From positions 757 to 64,756 of the forward strand of contig QBLU01000012.1 of the NCBI GenBank assembly GCA_003241875.1: DNA of 64,000 bases, read 5' to 3'. The stretch is from Alphaproteobacteria bacterium (GTDB lineage Bacteria; Pseudomonadota; Alphaproteobacteria; Sphingomonadales; Sphingomonadaceae). Made by a program: the position numbers and the translations under genes. Shown here one piece after another: positions 18,647-28,014 of this stretch. The notes under the pieces are model-generated. The model did not search any database. It worked only from the letters and a program-made list of their open reading frames with translations, and was not told the DNA's origin. Each line of letters begins with the position of its first letter. The first letter of the stretch is position 1.

Positions 18647-20437
18647 CTAGAGCGATTTCAGATATTCGAGCAGCGCCTGGCGCTGGGCTTCGGTGAGCTT
18701 GGCCACCCCGTATTCATGGCCTTCGCTGCCGTTGCCGGGGATCGCGAAGCCGTCGGCGGCCTGGGTGGCAAAGCGGAAGCTGTTGCCGGGCGCCGTGGCT
18801 TCCGTGCGATAGCCGACCTTGACGGGATCGTACTCGCGGGTGCCCATCATGAACGCCTTGGGCCGCTGCGCCGCCGGCAGCAGCAGGTCGTACAGCGTTG
18901 GCACCGAGCCGTTGTGGAGGAAGGGCGCCGTCGCCCAGATGCCGTCCAATGGCCGCGCCTTGTAGGCCATGTGCGGGCTGCCGGACTTGTAGCAGGCGTC
19001 GAGGACCAGCGGCCGCATGTCGGGCGCCTCCTCGATGACGACGCGCGGGGCACCGCCGCCGCCGAAGAACACCTTGGCGGTCTGGCCGATGATCTGGCCC
19101 TTCTTGCCGATCAGCGCGCCCTTGACGGTGGTTTCCAGCATCTCGGCGATCGGAGCTTCGGCGCCGAACTTTTCGCCGCTGCCGATATAGCCCTTGGTGG
19201 TGCCCTGCAGATTGCCGGTGGCGGATTTGTAGGTGATGGCGTTGCACGCCATCCATGGGTCGGTGGCGTTCGGCCCGGGTTTCAGCGGGATCATCGCCGC
19301 CTTCTGGAATTCGCCCGGGTCCTTCTTGTGGCAGCCCTCGCAATCGGCGGCGAACAGCGCCTTGCCGGCGGCGACCTTGGCCGGGTCGAGCGCGCCGAAG
19401 TTGGCCGGCCAGGCCGGCGACTTCAAGGAGACGAGCTGGGTTTCGAGGCGGATGAGATTGTCGGCCTGGACGCTGGATTTGTAGCCGCCGAGCCCGCCGC
19501 CCGGTGTCACCGTGATGTCGCCGAAGACGCCGATGACCTCGCCGGCGTTGCGGCCGAGCGCGCCGTAATCGAGGTAGCGGTTGCCGCCCAGCGACAGCCG
19601 CTGGTTCTGGGCGATGCCGTTCCACTGCAGCTTGTCGAAGCGGTGGATGTCCCAGATGTGCGGATAGCTGACCGGGGCGTCGGCGGGGTTGCGGGTCGGG
19701 CTGGCGGCACCGGTGAACAGCGCCACCTTGTTGAAGATGTGGCCAAAGGCGTCGACGCGGCCATAGCCATAGCGCAGCGGCGTCTTGTTCATGTCCTCGA
19801 CGCGGTCTTCCCAGGCGAGCAGCCTGGCCAGCGCGGCGCGCAGCAGGGTGCGGTTGCCGGGCGCGTCCTTGCTGCCGAGCGCCGCCTTGGCGAAACGGTC
19901 CCATTTTTCGGAGCCGTCGGGGGCGTTGACGGTGGCGCGCACGGCAGCGTCGAGGTCCTCGACAAAGGTCTGATAATCGAACAGCGCCGGGCCGCCGTCG
20001 ACGCGCATCGCCTTGCCCTGGTAGGTCAGCTCGGCGGTGTGGCAGGCCGAACAGTTCATCCCGACCCATTTTTCCTTCGGCCCCTGGCCGGCGAACCAGC
20101 GCAGTTTCGAATTGGCGAGATTGCTGTCGTCACTGTCATCGACGACGAGTCCGATCGGCAGCCGGTCGCTGTTGGGGCGCGGCAGCAGCCGCCACTGGGC
20201 GATGGTATCGGGGCCGAGGAAGGGCTTGGCCGCGTCAGGCTGTTCGAGCGCCAGCATCCAGGCCAGCGGCATCAGCCGGGAGCCCTGCGTCGCCGAATAC
20301 CAGGCCGATTGCTGCTGCGGCGACCAGTTTTGCCAGCCGGCCTGCGGCGCCGCATTGGAATAGGAGGCACAGGCCGCGATGGTCGCAGCTGTCGATAATG
20401 TTGCCAAAGCCTTGAGTATCAAAACGCGGTCGACCAT
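18647..20437 (-). CDS. Di-heme cytochrome c lipoprotein, RoxA/MauG/CcP-like
   Basis: Lipobox TIAAC; two CxxCH motifs (CSACH, CEGCH); YGYGRVDAFGHIFN; YKARPLDGIWATAPFLHNGSVPTLYDLL; GGGGAG RBS. Confidence 0.85.
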   Translation of the reverse strand: MVDRVLILKALATLSTAATIAACASYSNAAPQAGWQNWSPQQQSAWYSATQGSRLMPLAWMLALEQPDAAKPFLGPDTIAQWRLLPRPNSDRLPIGLVVDDSDDSNLANSKLRWFAGQGPKEKWVGMNCSACHTAELTYQGKAMRVDGGPALFDYQTFVEDLDAAVRATVNAPDGSEKWDRFAKAALGSKDAPGNRTLLRAALARLLAWEDRVEDMNKTPLRYGYGRVDAFGHIFNKVALFTGAASPTRNPADAPVSYPHIWDIHRFDKLQWNGIAQNQRLSLGGNRYLDYGALGRNAGEVIGVFGDITVTPGGGLGGYKSSVQADNLIRLETQLVSLKSPAWPANFGALDPAKVAAGKALFAADCEGCHKKDPGEFQKAAMIPLKPGPNATDPWMACNAITYKSATGNLQGTTKGYIGSGEKFGAEAPIAEMLETTVKGALIGKKGQIIGQTAKVFFGGGGAPRVVIEEAPDMRPLVLDACYKSGSPHMAYKARPLDGIWATAPFLHNGSVPTLYDLLLPAAQRPKAFMMGTREYDPVKVGYRTEATAPGNSFRFATQAADGFAIPGNGSEGHEYGVAKLTEAQRQALLEYLKSL

Positions 20438-20536
20438 GACGCTCCCCCGGTGGTGGTTGCAATCTGTTGGCGCGACTCGATCTTGTTTTTCGGGGAGTTT
20501 ACAGGCTTCGTTGCGCTGCGCAACGAGGTTGGCGAA

Positions 20537-20669
20537 CTCCCTCCCCCTTGAGGGGAGGGCGACTCGGCGCCAGCCGAGCGGGGTGGGGGTTTACGAGCGA
20601 CGACGTTGGGGACCCCCACCCCGCTCGCGCGAGCGCGAGTCGCCCTCCCCGCAGGGGGGGGGGAGGGGG
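20537..20669. repeat. Palindromic intergenic repeat, family C (CCCTCCCC...GGGGAGGG type)
   Basis: Hairpins CCCTCCCC-n-GGGGAGGG at both ends, with GGGTGGGGGT/ACCCCCACCC inverted arms; contains a G10 run at 20654-20663; a related hairpin is at 36783. Confidence 0.65.
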
Positions 20670-22427
20670 TTACTTCTTCGCCTTCTCTGCCGCGATGAAC
20701 GCCCGCATCTCGCTTTCCATTACCGGCAGCGGCACCGATCCCATCGCCAGCAGCGCGTCGTGGAACGGGCGCTGGTCGAAGCGCGGGCCGAGTTCGGCCT
20801 CGGCCTCGGCGCGCAGTTTGCGGATGCGCATCTCGCCGAGCTTGTAGGCCAGTGCCTGGCCGGGCCAGCTGATGTAGCGATCGACCTCGATCTCGACATC
20901 GCGCTGCGACAGGGCGGTGTGGCCGGCGAGATAGTCGATGGCGCGTTGGCGGCTCCAGCCCATTGAATGAATGCCGGTGTCGATGACCAGCCGCACGGCG
21001 CGCCACATCTCGAAGGTCTCGCGGCCGAACTCCTCGTAGGGCGTCTCGTACAGGCCGAGTTTGGTGCCGAGCCATTCGGTGTAGAGGCCCCAGCCTTCGC
21101 CATAGCCGGAAAAGTACGTCTCGCGGCGGAAGGCCGGGCGCGGCGGCGCCTCAAGGGCCAGCGCCGCCTGGAAGCTGTGGCCGGGCACGCATTCGTGCAG
21201 CGTCAGCGCGGTCAGCGCATAGAGCGGCCGCGACGGCAGGTCATAGGTGTTCATCAGGCACGCCTCGAGCCCGCCGCGGCCCGAGGTGTAGATCGGCGCG
21301 ATGGCATCGGGGACGGGCAGGATGGTGAAGCGATAGCGGGGCAGGGTGCCGAACACGTCCTTCAGCTTGCCGTCCATGCGCTTGGTCACATAGGCCGAAA
21401 AGCCGAGCAGCTCGCGCGGCGTCTTGGCATAGAATTGCGGGTCCTGGCGCAGGAAGGCGAGGAATTCGGCGAAGCTGCCCTTGAAGCCGGCATCGGCCAT
21501 GGTCTTGCGCATATCGGCGTCGATGCGGGCGACTTCCGACAGGCCGATCTGGTGGATCTGCTCGGACGTCAGGTCGAGCGTCGTGTATTCGCGGATCTGC
21601 GCCTGGTAGAAGGCCTTGCCGTCGGGCAGGTCATGGGCGGCGATCGTCGTCCGCGTTTTCGGCATGTATTCGGTGCGCATGAAGGCGAGCAGCCGGGCAT
21701 AGGCGGGGGCGGCGATGCCGGCGATGACCTGGCGCGCCTCGGCGCGCAGCGCTGCCTGTTCGGCCGCCGGCATGGCGTCGGGCAGGCGCTTGAAGACGTC
21801 GTACAGCGGGTTGCTGTCATCGGTGGCGGTGAACGGCACGATGGTGGCGTCGCGGCCCTCCAGCCCGACGCGCGGCACCGAATAGCCGCGGGCGAGACCG
21901 GCGCGCATGTTGGCGACATTCTCGTCGAACCAGCGCGGCACTTCGCGCAGGCGGTTGAGATAGCGGCGATATTCGGCCGCGGTCGAATAGGCGGCATAGG
22001 GCTTCAACTCCCCCCAGAAGAAGGTGTCGCTGTTGAGCGGCGCCTCATAGGTGCGGAAGCGGATGTTGGCGGTTTCGGCCTGGAGGGCGGTGCGGAAGAC
22101 GGCCAGGTTGATGCGGCCTTCGTTCGACAATTCGGCGGCCGGGATGGCATCGGCGTCGGCGAGCACCTTGCTCCAATAGGCCAGGCGCCGGGCGTAGGCG
22201 GCGGGCGTGGCGGCGGGCAGATGGTCGCCGGGGCGCGAGCGCGGACCCTCCTCGATCTCGGCGAACTCGGCCTTTCGCCATTTCCATTCGGCGGCGTAGA
22301 GCGCGTTGGCGCGGGCCTCCGCCGGTGACGTGGCGACGACGACGGGTGCGTCCGGGGCGGCGGCGGCGGGCGCCGCAATGGCCAGCAGTGCAGCGGCGAT
22401 TGGCGACCATGCCGAATTTTTGGCCAT
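20670..22427 (-). CDS. DUF885-family exported protein (putative metallopeptidase)
   Basis: Signal peptide; LTLHECVPGHSFQ (HExxPGH), GYGEGWGLYTE and EVDRYISWPGQALAYKLG motifs. Start re-picked at ATG 22427. Confidence 0.88.
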   Translation of the reverse strand: MAKNSAWSPIAAALLAIAAPAAAAPDAPVVVATSPAEARANALYAAEWKWRKAEFAEIEEGPRSRPGDHLPAATPAAYARRLAYWSKVLADADAIPAAELSNEGRINLAVFRTALQAETANIRFRTYEAPLNSDTFFWGELKPYAAYSTAAEYRRYLNRLREVPRWFDENVANMRAGLARGYSVPRVGLEGRDATIVPFTATDDSNPLYDVFKRLPDAMPAAEQAALRAEARQVIAGIAAPAYARLLAFMRTEYMPKTRTTIAAHDLPDGKAFYQAQIREYTTLDLTSEQIHQIGLSEVARIDADMRKTMADAGFKGSFAEFLAFLRQDPQFYAKTPRELLGFSAYVTKRMDGKLKDVFGTLPRYRFTILPVPDAIAPIYTSGRGGLEACLMNTYDLPSRPLYALTALTLHECVPGHSFQAALALEAPPRPAFRRETYFSGYGEGWGLYTEWLGTKLGLYETPYEEFGRETFEMWRAVRLVIDTGIHSMGWSRQRAIDYLAGHTALSQRDVEIEVDRYISWPGQALAYKLGEMRIRKLRAEAEAELGPRFDQRPFHDALLAMGSVPLPVMESEMRAFIAAEKAKK

Positions 22428-22549
22428 GCGATGCGACTCCCCCGCCCGGCGGTGTGGCAGGCGCGGCGCCATCGGTATCCGCCGGCGGCGGCGCGTCAAC
22501 CCGGCGACCGCTACGCACATGAAATTTCCGTGGCACACACCGCCGCGGC

Positions 22550-22578
22550 CTTGACCTTGTTCCTGCCCGGTTACATAT
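22550..22578 (+). promoter_or_regulatory. Putative sigma32 (RpoH)-type promoter of groESL
   Basis: CTTGAC-N18-CATAT upstream of the CIRCE. Confidence 0.5.
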
Positions 22579-22590
22579 GCCGCCTTACTG

Positions 22591-22617
22591 CTGGCACTCG
22601 CATCCGTTGAGTGCCAA
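22591..22617. promoter_or_regulatory. CIRCE element (HrcA operator)
   Basis: CTGGCACTC-N9-GAGTGCCAA directly upstream of groES. Confidence 0.92.
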
Positions 22618-22649
22618 CAGTCAGATTCGCAACAAAAGTGAGGGCTACA

Positions 22650-22937
22650 ATGACGTTCCGTCCGCTCCACGACCGCGTGCTCGTGCGCCGTGTCGAAGCC
22701 GAAGAAAAAACCGCCGGCGGGATCATCATCCCCGATACCGCGAAGGAAAAGCCGCAGGAAGGCGAAGTCGTCTCCGTCGGCACCGGTGCGCGCGGCGATG
22801 ATGGCACCGTCCATCCGCTCGAGGTCAAGGCCGGCGACAAGATCCTGTTCGGCAAATGGTCGGGCACCGAGGTCAAGGTCGGCGGCGAAGACCTGATCAT
22901 CATGAAGGAAAGCGACATTCTCGGCATCCTGGGCTGA
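22650..22937 (+). CDS. groES: Co-chaperonin GroES
   Basis: [10 protein letters not shown]...[10 protein letters not shown]...KESDILG. Confidence 0.98.
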   Translation: MTFRPLHDRVLVRRVEAEEKTAGGIIIPDTAKEKPQEGEVVSVGTGARGDDGTVHPLEVKAGDKILFGKWSGTEVKVGGEDLIIMKESDILGILG

Positions 22938-22966
22938 AGCCCGAAGCCAAGAACGTCAGCAGATAA

Positions 22967-24631
<1,665 letters not shown>

Positions 24632-24656
24632 AGGTCCACGCCGACCAGACGAAAAG

Positions 24657-24689
24657 AAGGGGCCGTGGCGGATGCCACGGCCCCTTTTT
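24657..24689 (+). terminator. Rho-independent (likely bidirectional) terminator after groEL
   Basis: AAGGGGCCGTGGC-GGAT-GCCACGGCCCCTT followed by Ts and preceded by an A-rich run. Confidence 0.85.
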
Positions 24690-24709
24690 CGTTCGGCGTA
24701 TCGAACCGC

Positions 24710-25015
24710 TTACTGCGGCATGGTCGACGACGTCGTCGACGTCGTGCCGTCCGTGCCCATCGTGTCGCTGGGCATGGTGCCATCGGCCGGCATCGTCGTG
24801 GTGTCGGTCGGCGCGGTCGACATCGTGTCCGACGTCATGCCGCCGGTCGCGGGGTCGCCCATCGTCGTGTCGCCGACGGTGCCGGTGCCGGTCATCGCAT
24901 CGGTGGTCGTGCTCGTGGTCGTCGTCGTCGCGCTGTCGTCGCGCTTCTCACCGCAAGCGGCGAGCGGCAGGGCGGCGGCGGCGAACATCAGGGTGGCAAT
25001 CTTGGCAGTGCGCAT
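24710..25015 (-). CDS. Small Thr/Met/Asp-rich low-complexity lipoprotein
   Basis: MRTAKIATLMFAAAALPLAAC lipobox, GGGAG RBS; mature part is almost only T, M, D, G, S, P. Confidence 0.75.
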   Translation of the reverse strand: MRTAKIATLMFAAAALPLAACGEKRDDSATTTTTSTTTDAMTGTGTVGDTTMGDPATGGMTSDTMSTAPTDTTTMPADGTMPSDTMGTDGTTSTTSSTMPQ

Positions 25016-25064
25016 ATCGGGGCTCCCGTTTCTCAGTTTGTATTGCAGCAACGAAGCCCCGACA

Positions 25065-25233
25065 GCGCAATCGGTTCCTTCGCGGCGCCCGGCAGCGCCA
25101 TTCCGCCGCGCTATTGTTCGGCGTCGTTTGCAGGCTGTGATGCCGGCTCGGACACGGGTTCGGGTGCAGGCGCCGACGCTGACTCGGGCACGGCGGCCGG
25201 CGCTGCCGGGCGCCGCGAAGGAACCGATTGCGC
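25065..25233. repeat. Perfect 35-bp inverted repeat with 99-bp spacer
   Basis: GCGCAATCGGTTCCTTCGCGGCGCCCGGCAGCGCC (25065-25099) is the reverse complement of 25199-25233. Confidence 0.85.
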
Positions 25234-25327
25234 GAGGCAGGACAGGAGGCAGAGAGCGGGGATGCGCATCATGCCGGTTCGATAGCGCAGGGTTGCGCCG
25301 CGGGATAGACACCGGCAGGCTGCGCCA

Positions 25328-25951
25328 ATGGGGCTCTACAGCGAACGCATCTTTCCGTGGCTGCTCGACCGGGCGCTCGGCCATCCGCGCATCGAGGCGC
25401 GGCGCGCGGCGCTGGTCGGCCAGGCGCGCGGCGATGTGCTGGAGATCGGCTTCGGCACCGGGGCGACCTTGCCCTTCTACGATCCGGCCGGCGTCACCAG
25501 CCTGACCGTCGTCGAGCCATCGGAGGGCATGAACCGGCGCGCCGCGGCGCGCCTGGCCGCCGCCCGGGTGCCGGTGACCAGCGTGCCGGGCATGGGGGAG
25601 GGGCTGCCCTTTGCCGACGCCCGCTTCGATTGCGTCGTCACCTGCCTGACCTTGTGCAGCGTCACCGATGTGCCGCAGGTGCTCGCCGAGATCCGCCGCG
25701 TGCTGAAGCCTGGCGGGCAGTTCCTGTTCCTGGAACATGTGTTGAGCGACGATCCCGGCCGGGGCCGCTGGCAGCGCCGGCTGACGCCGCTGCAAAAGGT
25801 CGTCGGCGTCGGTTGCCATCTCGATCGCGACACCGCGGCAATGGTGCGGACGGCGGGCTTTGCGCTCGGCGCGGTGCCACAGGAGATCGAGCCGGCGTTC
25901 GGCGGGCTGGCGCCGCTGCTGCCGGTCATTGCGGCGGCGGCGGTGCGCTAG
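25328..25951 (+). CDS. Class I SAM-dependent methyltransferase
   Basis: VLEIGFGTG motif I; LPFADARFDCVV; LKPGGQFLFLEH. Confidence 0.9.
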   Translation: MGLYSERIFPWLLDRALGHPRIEARRAALVGQARGDVLEIGFGTGATLPFYDPAGVTSLTVVEPSEGMNRRAAARLAAARVPVTSVPGMGEGLPFADARFDCVVTCLTLCSVTDVPQVLAEIRRVLKPGGQFLFLEHVLSDDPGRGRWQRRLTPLQKVVGVGCHLDRDTAAMVRTAGFALGAVPQEIEPAFGGLAPLLPVIAAAAVR

Positions 25952-25964
25952 GGGCGGGCGTCCT

Positions 25965-26073
25965 TGTCACGCCAGTGCAGGCGGGGGCCCATGGCCCGCA
26001 AGTTTTGCCGCGGCGGTTGCACGCGTGCGGCGAAGTTCGTGGTTCATGGGCCCCGGCCTTCGCCGGGGTGACA
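25965..26073. repeat. REPIN-like doublet, family B (GTCAC-CCCGGCG.AGGCCGGGGCCCATG)
   Basis: Imperfect inverted arms TGTCACGCCAGTGCAGGCGGGGGCCCATG / CATGGGCCCCGGCCTTCGCCGGGGTGACA between convergent genes. Confidence 0.75.
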
Positions 26074-26074
26074 G

Positions 26075-26914
26075 TTATTGGGGTGGCGGCGGTGCGACGG
26101 GCGCGGGCGTGGCTGCGGGCGCGTCCGCGGGTGCCGGCGCATCGGCCGGCAGTTCCTCGCTGCCGTCCTCCGACGGGTCATAGGGCGCGTTGCCGTCCCA
26201 GATGGCGTTCTTGCGGCTTTGCAGATAGGCTGATTTCACCAGCGTATACTCATCGAGGCTGCCGGCGAGCAGGGCGTCGCCGCCCTGGTCGCTGATGCGG
26301 GCGCGCAGGTTGACGAGGCGCAGCGAGATCTGGCCGGCGCGCCAGAAGATGCTGGGGCTGAACGCCGCGTCGCGCGCGAAATCCGCCGGGTTGAGCACGA
26401 AATCGAAGCCGAGGCCAAAGCTGTCGCGCAGCGTCGACGGGCCGAACAGCGGCAGCATGACATAGGGGCCGGACTTGATGCCCCAGTGCGCAAAGGTCTG
26501 GCCCCAGTCCTCGGGCTCTTCCGGGCGGCCGAGATCGGTGGCGTTGTCGGAAAGCCCGCCGACACCGATGGTGGCGTTGATGAGAAAGCGATCGACCGAG
26601 CGGAAGGCCTTGCTGATCTTGCCCTGCAGCAGGTCGTTGAGGAAGTTCAGCGGCTCGTTGTAGGTATTGTAGACATTGGTGACGCCGTGGCGTGCGGCGA
26701 TCGGCACGACGGTGCGATAGGTTTTCGCCGCCGGCCGCAGCGCATATTTGTCGACGCGCTTGTTGAAGGCATAGACCTTGCGATTGGTCGCTTCCCAGCG
26801 GTCGGCCTCGGCAACCTCCAGCCCGCCGGCGCGGGGTGTCGCGCAGGCACCGAGCGGCAGCAGGGCGAGCAGCGGCAACGCGGCGGCAGGCGCCCGAAAA
26901 CGGAGAAACATCAA
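26075..26914 (-). CDS. mlaA: MlaA/VacJ family lipoprotein
   Basis: Lipobox LGAC; DRWEATNRKVYAFN; RFLINATIGVGG; EDWGQTFAHWG..GPYVMLPLFGPSTLRD. Confidence 0.93.
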   Translation of the reverse strand: MMFLRFRAPAAALPLLALLPLGACATPRAGGLEVAEADRWEATNRKVYAFNKRVDKYALRPAAKTYRTVVPIAARHGVTNVYNTYNEPLNFLNDLLQGKISKAFRSVDRFLINATIGVGGLSDNATDLGRPEEPEDWGQTFAHWGIKSGPYVMLPLFGPSTLRDSFGLGFDFVLNPADFARDAAFSPSIFWRAGQISLRLVNLRARISDQGGDALLAGSLDEYTLVKSAYLQSRKNAIWDGNAPYDPSEDGSEELPADAPAPADAPAATPAPVAPPPPQ

Positions 26915-27011
26915 GACCCTTTCGCACCCGCGTCATAGCGCTCGCACATTTTGGCGGTCCGGGGCAAGCGGCGCGGCCGCGCAGGCCGTCGCATATCGCG
27001 CCATGCGTTGC

Positions 27012-27039
27012 TTGACACATATAAAGATATCTTTATGTC
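27012..27039 (+). promoter_or_regulatory. Sigma70 promoter overlapped by a palindromic operator (SahR/SamR-type site)
   Basis: TTGACA at 27012-27017; perfect palindrome ATAAAGATATCTTTAT at 27021-27036, just upstream of the regulator-metF-metH operon. Confidence 0.75.
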
Positions 27040-27048
27040 CTTTTCGCA

Positions 27049-28014
27049 ATGCAGGCGTTGCTTTCCATTTTCAGGGCGTTGGCGGATCCGAGCCGGGTCC
27101 GCATCCTGCTGCTCGTGCGCCGCATGGAGCTGTCCGTCGGCGAATTGGCCGCGGTGCTGGCGCAAAGCCAGCCGCGGGTGTCGCGCCATATCCGCATCCT
27201 CGCCGACGCCGGGCTGGTGCAGCGCGCCAAGGAAGGCGCCTGGGTGTTCGTTCGGCTCGGCGAGGCGGCGATCTGCGCGCCGGTGCTCGCCGGCATCGAT
27301 GCACTGGCGGCGGACGCCGGGGAGGCCGACCAGGCGCGGCTGGCGGCGGTCCGCGCCGAACGCGCCGCCGCTGCCGATGCCTGGTTCGCCGCCCATGCCG
27401 CCGACTGGGATCGCGAACGCGCGCTGCACATCGCCGAATCGGATGTCGAGGCAGCGATCGCCGCCGCGCTGGCGCCGGGGGACCTCGGTGTTCTCGTCGA
27501 TGTCGGCACCGGCACCGGCCGCATGATCGAACTGCTCGGCCCGCAGGCGCGGACGGCGCTGGGCATCGATCGCAGCCCCGAGATGCTGCGGCTGGCGCGC
27601 GGCCGCATCGAGGCATCGGGCCTGGCCCATGCCGAGGTGCGTCGCGGCGACATGTATGCGCTGCCGCGCGCCGCCGGCAGCGTCGACACCGTGGTGCTGC
27701 ACCAGGTCCTGCATTTCGCCGATGATCCGGTCGCCGCCATCGCCGAATCGGCGCGGGTGCTGGCGCCCGGCGGGCGCTTGCTGGTGGTCGATTTCATGCC
27801 GCACGGCCGCGAGGAGCTGCGCGCCCAGCAGCGCCATGTCCGACTGGGCTTCGGCGATGACCAGGTCTGCGGCTGGATGACCGCGGCCGGGCTGGAGGCG
27901 CAGGTGGCACGGCGCCTGCCGCCGCCCGATGCCGACAATCTGCGGGCGCTGGGCGTCACGCTGTGGCTGGGCCGTCGGCCCGCTGCGACTTCGCTGGAAA
28001 GGAAGGCGGCATGA
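27049..28014 (+). CDS. ArsR-family HTH fused to SAM-methyltransferase-like domain (SahR/SamR-type methionine/SAM regulator)
   Basis: ALADPSRVRIL..SQPRVSRHIRILADAGLV HTH; LVDVGTGTG SAM motif; first gene of the metF-metH operon. Confidence 0.88.
   Translation: MQALLSIFRALADPSRVRILLLVRRMELSVGELAAVLAQSQPRVSRHIRILADAGLVQRAKEGAWVFVRLGEAAICAPVLAGIDALAADAGEADQARLAAVRAERAAAADAWFAAHAADWDRERALHIAESDVEAAIAAALAPGDLGVLVDVGTGTGRMIELLGPQARTALGIDRSPEMLRLARGRIEASGLAHAEVRRGDMYALPRAAGSVDTVVLHQVLHFADDPVAAIAESARVLAPGGRLLVVDFMPHGREELRAQQRHVRLGFGDDQVCGWMTAAGLEAQVARRLPPPDADNLRALGVTLWLGRRPAATSLERKAA

Noticed and set aside
16007-20398. 1463-aa plus-strand ORF, and similar long ORFs such as 11790-13880, 13884-15686, 55863-58238 and 60497-62749
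   Set aside because: Stop-poor antisense frames of GC-rich genes; no recognisable motifs, and they lie opposite genes with intact catalytic signatures.
20509-20525. Recurrent GTTGC-Nx-GCAAC palindromes (20510, 39981, near 9644) as a shared operator
   Set aside because: Spacing varies (5, 6 and much longer) and such GC-rich palindromes arise easily by chance.
20654-20663. G10 homopolymer as a phase-variation switch
   Set aside because: Lies inside an intergenic repeat hairpin downstream of a stop codon, not in a CDS or promoter spacer; may be a sequencing artefact.
25050-25078. EcfG/sigmaT promoter (GGAAC...CGTT) upstream of the small lipoprotein
   Set aside because: The spacer is 20 nt, not the 16-17 nt of the consensus.
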